A stretch of 64,000 nt of DNA, from the NCBI GenBank assembly GCA_043228905.1, contig JBHGNT010000012.1:15252001-15316000 (forward strand), read 5' to 3'. The position numbers and the translations under genes are program-made. Origin of the DNA: Azolla caroliniana. Taxonomy: Eukaryota; Plantae; Polypodiophyta. The notes under the pieces are model-generated. The model was given only the letters and a program-made list of their open reading frames with translations, did no database searches and was not told where the DNA came from. Below are positions 58,001-64,000 of the stretch, piece by piece (within the stretch, counting starts at the first letter, position 1; each line of letters opens with the position of its first letter).

Positions 58001-60282
58001 ATTCGGCTTGCGCCAATGTCACTTTCGTCTCTGTCGGGCATGGGTCCCCGCAAGCCGGACAAATTGGGCTTTCTGTACTTGCCAATCTCGCACATTCATG
58101 TTTTTCTTTTCTTTCTTCTTTCTGCTTTCCGGTCGATCGGGCGTCGTGTGGGTCACTTTTGTCTCTGATTGCGGCTTCATACGTGAACCAGTCGCCGCTA
58201 ATCAAAAATCCTGCTCGTCCAATTTCGGGTTGATCTAGCTCTCCATTCATGTTGGTATGGCAGGTGCGGGTTTCGGCCATTGTATGGCACATCGAGCGCA
58301 TTGTGTGGGGCCATGTCAATTGCCATCATTCATATTGGTGGGATATGTGTTTTATGTCCGTTATGTGGAAGTGTATGGGGGGAACATGGTATCCGCGGGA
58401 TGTGTGTCATGCTCATATCCATGGGAATCATCGTATTCATAGTCAGATATGTGTATATGTATGTACGTATGTGTGTGTGCTAAATATGTTATGGTAAATA
58501 TGATTGTGAAACTAACAAATATTTAAGTCATCAAGTGGCTCGGTTACACAATGTCAATTAGGAATAGGATGAGCTAGCTTTTGTTGGTTGTCTATATAGT
58601 GCAACGGGTAAGATCTAATTCAAATGAATATGGGAGTACTCTTGTAATCAAACACACGTTAGATAAATTTTGATAAACTCCTATTCAATTCTACAGGTGT
58701 TTATTCTCTTCTGAAGGACTATCAATACATGTCCCCTTATGATGAAGAGAAATCTAGATTGTAGACATTGATGTGAGCACCACGCTTGTTGACTAGTTAA
58801 ATTAGGCACTGACCAAGCATCACCTTCAACAACCAACACACCCAGGCTAACAAGATCCTGACAATACTCAATTGACCTATTTAACTTAAGATCATTACCA
58901 TTAACCACGGTTTGAAATTGTGCCCTCTCTAAATCTCATAGCATTCATCATTTGTTACACTTCAATGTACATATAAATGGTATCATGACCATTCCAAAAC
59001 GTTTACGTGTCATGCAAAATTTGAACATTAGACTTCCCAGTCTACAAAATGTTTTCCTTATTAATGATGTAATCATTTCGAAGGTTTTGGGGGAAACAGA
59101 AAAGGATCAATTGTAGCATATTCTAAATAGAACAAACGTGGTTCAAGCGTATGAGTAAAACACAAAGGTGCACATTGAGTGGGCCTTAGCTAGCACTTAA
59201 ACATGTTGAGTGTGGCCTCTGAAAGTATGAGCTGGAAGTAAGCAAAGGTAGGGATCTAATTGGACAAATGAAATAATTTAGAATATTCTATCAACAAGGT
59301 TTATATGTGAGATGGAAAATGTGAATAGAATAGAGATTTCAAATCATTGTAAGATGTCTTGTGAGTTGTATATGCATTAGTGGGAACAAATTTACATTAT
59401 AAGAATGTGCTAAGAATATATAATTACTATTCCAATGTCAAAACTAAAAAAACACCTTAAAGCGCACAAATAACAATTCCATAAATGATTGAAAATTGTT
59501 GCATGGATACCTAAAGAGTAAATATCCTAGATGACCAAACATTGTGCCCGAATATAGAATGCCAAACCTAGGATATTAAAATTGATCGCCATCCATGCCT
59601 GGATTGTTATTAGAAGACTTTCGTTCGATCATACATTGAAATGTTGTAGATTTATTTATTTATTTGCAACTATGTATGAGACAATTGACTAGAAGTTTTT
59701 TTTTTCCGAAAAAAAACTCCTTCCATTAGTTATAAAATTTTACATATGAGATTAATATATACAAATCCCTGTGGGGACGCGAAAGGTCCATCTTATGTGG
59801 ATGCCCACCGACTCAATAAATGGGGAGGTCGACCACTGCTAGATGAAGGCTAGTCGTTGTCTTTCAACTCCATCGGAGTCGCCCTTGAGGCCATCATATT
59901 GGCTTTTTAGCGTGGCTACAACTTCACTCCATATCTCTTGCATTAACACTATTGGTTTGCACGGTTTGGTTGGAGAAGACCCGTCTACACTGTTGTTTCC
60001 ATAGAGTCCAAAGAGTTATTGGGCCGACCAATTCCAACACAACTTGAGATTTGGCATTGATAGGAGTTGAGTGGACATTGTCAATAGTGGAGAAAAAAAC
60101 CTCTTGTGCTTTTATCACCAAAACCATTCCCTCCTCTTGATGCTCGTATTTGTCAAGTGGGGCTTGCCATGATAGTTAATATATATTTCCCTAGTTGATT
60201 AAGCCTTGCACCTAGCATAATTGCAATAAGAGGCCAACCCGCTGCCATATTCGATGGGACTCTGGGCAGTCCCACAAAGCTG

Positions 60283-61005
60283 TGTCGTGCCTTTCGGCTC
60301 CGGATCGTTTGCGTGAGTCGGGTGGGAACCACCGGGGTTTTGGACTAGGAGAAAGAAAAATACAAATAAGGCTAGTAAAGAATAGGTATAAAGAGTTATA
60401 AGATAAGAATCTCGTGAATCCCACGAGTTTAGTATATTTAGTCAATATTTAGGTAGTAAGAGAGAATTATTTTAGCAAATTCGTGAATCCCACGAATATT
60501 TTAGATTGATTGATCATTATAGAAAAATAATCAACAAAAACTACAATGTGCTCCCCATCCTTATATAGTGATGGGAGAGACTAAGCATAGCTACATGCTT
60601 TTTTCTAATATGTTCATGCACACTAAATGTGCATGTGATGCTTTTCTAATCCTTGCTTTTATTTGCTAAATATAGTGCTCATGCACGCTAGATGTGCATG
60701 AGTCACTTTTTAGTTGCTTGCGTTTTTCTATAAAATATTCACGTACTCTAAAAATACATGATTTACCTTTTAATAAAGGTAGGCGCAAATAAAGCACTTA
60801 TAGTTATTAAATCTATTTATAGAATACTAAAGATAAGGTAGCATAATGGTAAAGTTGAGGTTTGGCTACATGGAGGCACAAGGTTCAAATCTTGCCCTAT
60901 GCACGTGATAAATATCTTGATATTCTTATTTTATTTATTTATATGTAATTAAATCGGTTATATTATTTTTACTTTTTCACGTAGTGTACGAAATACACTA
61001 CGACA
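60283..61005 (-). mobile_element. Solo LTR nearly identical to the 42489 LTR
   Basis: 723 bp, full-length match; interrupts the L1 zinc finger; flanks GCTG/GCGT (imperfect TSD). Confidence 0.92.
60833..60900 (+). promoter_or_regulatory. tRNA-like A-box/B-box cassette in solo LTR
   Basis: TAGCATAATGG at 60839 and GGTTCAAATC at 60882; T-rich run follows at ~60928. Confidence 0.65.
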
Positions 61006-63122
61006 GCGTGTTGGATTGATTCTAATAGATTGCATTTGGGCACGCTACACAATTAGGAGAGCTAAGGTTCCCACGCTGCCATGCACCAACCGGTAGTGAC
61101 CTATGTATTAATAGCCATTGGAAAGTGGTGATTCGTCGTGTGTGTTGTTGTTTCCAGATTTTTTTCCAAAACTTGGTGATAATTGTGTGAGAAGCATGAT
61201 ATGTGTGCCAGACCTTTGCAGCAGCCAGCTCTCGGGCAGTTTGAGCAGCCAAAATATGGCGACCCAATCTAGTTGTGAATTGAAAGAAAGGGATGGGTTT
61301 GCTTCCTTACCCCGCATAAGGATCATGCCATGTCCATAGCAAAGGGTCCCAACTAACCTTACGTAGCCCTGTGTTTTCGTGAGTACATATGTGCCAATCT
61401 GGTTGTACTTTGATAGGATCAGGATCTACAATCCATTTATGCCCAATATACGCTAGTACTCGAATTGCCTTATTCCATGTTGGTGTCTCATTGTCTTGCA
61501 ATTCAAAGCTTGCGATCCTATCTAGTGTTTCCCTACCTCTGGGGATCAAAGAACCCTCCTCCTCATAGCCTATCCATTTCTCTATTGTCGTCCTTTGATT
61601 AATAGCTTCCCTAATCAGTAGAGCGTTAATGATTTCAGATCTCATAGCCCACTTGCCCTTGATTTCATGGAGTATGTTGGCTTGGTCTTGTATTGGCAAT
61701 GACATAAACCGTCTCCAACATTCTATACTTTTTCCGTGGACCTTCCGCAATGTATCCCCATGACAACCCCTTACTTGATCCAATTAGTTGATTAGATTCA
61801 TCTCTGATACATGGGTTCCATAGAATACATTGACTAAGCCAAGTAGGTTCAGAGTTAGGTTGATTGCACTTGAGCCCTCGTCCAATGTCACACCACGCCT
61901 TCCACATGGATGCACTGAATCTATCCTCCAATTGATGGGAGAAACTAGGTTTGAGCTCCATGTTTAGAATCCATCCAGTTTGGAGGTCCCAATTGGCCCC
62001 TTTTTTGGGTTTAAAGTAAGCGAAACGTAACCGCAACAACATTTCCCAGCAATCATTCCCTAGTTGGAGTCCTCACACCACAAAGTTGGCGGGTAGGGCA
62101 TTTGATTGTGAGAGGGGATCAATAAGACCCAATCCTCCCCTCGACTTAGGTGATGTGAGTATAGGCCATGCCACCTTGGCCCGAGTTGCATGATCTTCCT
62201 TACCAGACCAAATGTAGTTGCGTGCCAATCGCTGAATCTGGTGTATACTTTCCTTGGAGCTTGTCCAACATGATAGGTTGTACCCTGATGTTGTGAGTAA
62301 AACCTAATTTGCCACTATGATGTGCCCCACTAGTGAGAGTTTTTTCGAACTCCAATGTATCAACTTTTGTCGAATGGCGTGAATAATTGGTGCAATCATA
62401 GTCTCCGGAGGTATGTTGAACCCAATTTGGAAACCCAAATATTTGGTGCTCGCTCCTTGATTGATCCACTTGAAAGCGGGCTGGGGGTGTCACGTAGGAT
62501 GTGCTTCATGAGAAAGCCATATTGCATAGGATTTGTGCCAATTTATCATGGCATTGGATCTCTTGCAAAATATGTCTAAACCACTCTCTAGCTTTTGTAG
62601 ATTTTCCAAGTCCCCTTGTAGGTAGACTGCGGTGTCATCTGCAAATTCTATATCCAGGAGGCTTTGGTGAGAATGCGGCACCCTAAGACCACGTAAGTTT
62701 AGTTGTCACGAGTTGAGAAAACTAGAGAGTGCTTCAACGTATAATAGAAATAAGGATGGAGCCAGTGGGCATCCTTGCCGTTCTCGTAGTGTAATTCACA
62801 CACTACGTGAAAAATTACATTTTTTGTCTCTCCGAATAGGGCATGGAGTACCCAGTGAGAACCGGAAGAAGGAACCGGTAAGGACCGAAACCGGTAAGGA
62901 GACCCGGCAAAGAGCCGGATAAAGAAGGCCGATGAGAGTCGGTGAGAAACGGACAAAGAGATCAGTAAGGAGGTCCCGGCAAGAACCGGACAAATAAAAC
63001 TAGCAAGCACCGGATAAAGCAGAACCGGAAAGAGCCGGATGAAGAAGGCCGGTGAGAGTCTCTCACCGGATGAAGAGACATATTTGTAAATAGAAGAAAG
63101 TATAAAAATATATATTACATGC

Positions 63123-63188
63123 ATAGGGCAAGATTCGAACCTTGCACCTCCATGTTAATAATGTTAAGCCTTATCATTATACTAGCGT
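63123..63188 (-). promoter_or_regulatory. tRNA-like A-box/B-box cassette in LTR
   Basis: Minus strand TAGTATAATGATAAG...GCAAGGTTCGAATCTTGCCCTAT. Confidence 0.6.
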
Positions 63189-63701
63189 ATTATGAATTTT
63201 AAAGTTATACTAAACTTTATCCCATGTAAAATTTCTAGACATGCATGGTACAAAAAGTTATTCATGCATAGACACTCAAGTAAAAAGAAAAGAGGAGATA
63301 GAAAGCTAATCATGCACATGAACTAAAAAATAGGAAAAGCATGATGTTTGCATGTAATAAACTTAGACTCTTCCAACACTATATAAGGAAGAGAGAAAGA
63401 TGTATAGAGGTTGTTGATTATTTTACAAGGGTTGATTAATATAATATAATCGTGGGATCCACGAGTTTGCTAACTATTTTTCTCTCTTAATTTGAGTACT
63501 CACTAATACACTATACTCGTGGGATTCACGAGTTCTTCATATCTTTCTTTCTTACAATATATTTCATATTCTTAATTGCCTTAGAATTTTCTTTCCTCCT
63601 AGTCCAAAACCCCAGCGGTTCCCACCCGACTCACGCAACGATCCAGAGCCGTAAGGCACGACACAAGTGGTGAACCTGACGTGAACACGGGTGGCAAGGA
63701 G

Positions 63702-64000
63702 ATGGAAAATCAACCGGAGGCTAACAACATGATGATGATGTTCGAGTGGATGCTTCAGGAACAACATGCGATGTCGGAGATAGCGGCGGTAGTAGAGAGG
63801 CTCGTGCAATGGATCGGGCAATTCAATGGAAAGGACGTATCATGCTATCTTCGGGACTACAAGGTGGAAATGCTACGGTGCAGGATTTCGGAAGGACTGC
63901 AAGTGGCATCCTTCAACCGGGTGGCTACCGACGGGCTTCAAGCAAGTATCCACGGGCTACGACAACAAAATCCGACGTGGGAAGCGTTTGAAGAGGTGCT
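63702..64000 (+). CDS. Gag N-terminus (partial, runs off the window)
   Basis: MENQPEANNMMMMFEWMLQEQ...GQFNGKDVSCYLRDYK..., close homologue of the 43249 ORF. Confidence 0.85.
   Translation, partial: MENQPEANNMMMMFEWMLQEQHAMSEIAAVVERLVQWIGQFNGKDVSCYLRDYKVEMLRCRISEGLQVASFNRVATDGLQASIHGLRQQNPTWEAFEEV

Larger units (their letters stand above)
59696..62703 (-). mobile_element. Degenerate L1-type LINE 3' half (RT C-terminus, zf-RVT), poly(A) at ~59696-59705
   Basis: EFADDTAVYL, KYLGFQIG, FWKKIWK...FQWLLIHRSL...C..C...ESIQHALWDC, LWTLWK. Confidence 0.8.
62704..64000 (+). mobile_element. 5' part of another tRNA-Trp-primed element (LTR ~62704-63663, PBS 63668-63684)
   Basis: LTR ends GGCACGACA, PBS TGGTGAACCTGACGTGA, Gag follows; the LTR 5' end is tentative. 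Confidence 0.85.

Overview
Eukaryotic, almost certainly land-plant DNA (a seed-free lineage is my inference). About 50 kb is a nest of retrotransposons up to four levels deep: decayed Ty1/Copia elements, a non-chromovirus Ty3/Gypsy with a large extra 3' ORF, two RTEX-like LINEs and an L1 LINE. One intact-looking host gene (R3H-associated-domain protein, 7 predicted exons, minus strand, 51866-57685) lies in the AT-rich part. The most notable content is a distinct Gypsy-type group with 8 insertions here: one formerly autonomous gag-pol element with fungal/Ylt1-like Pol, three gag-bearing partners (two complete and pol-less, one cut by the window edge) and four solo LTRs. Members share TGTCG...CGACA-type termini, a tRNA-Trp primer-binding site, 4-bp target duplications nearly always centred on CpG (NCGN) and a covarying RNA hairpin just upstream of the PPT. 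Several LTR subfamilies also carry an antisense tRNA-like A-box/B-box (Pol III-type) cassette. Coordinates were read by eye and no database searches were run.
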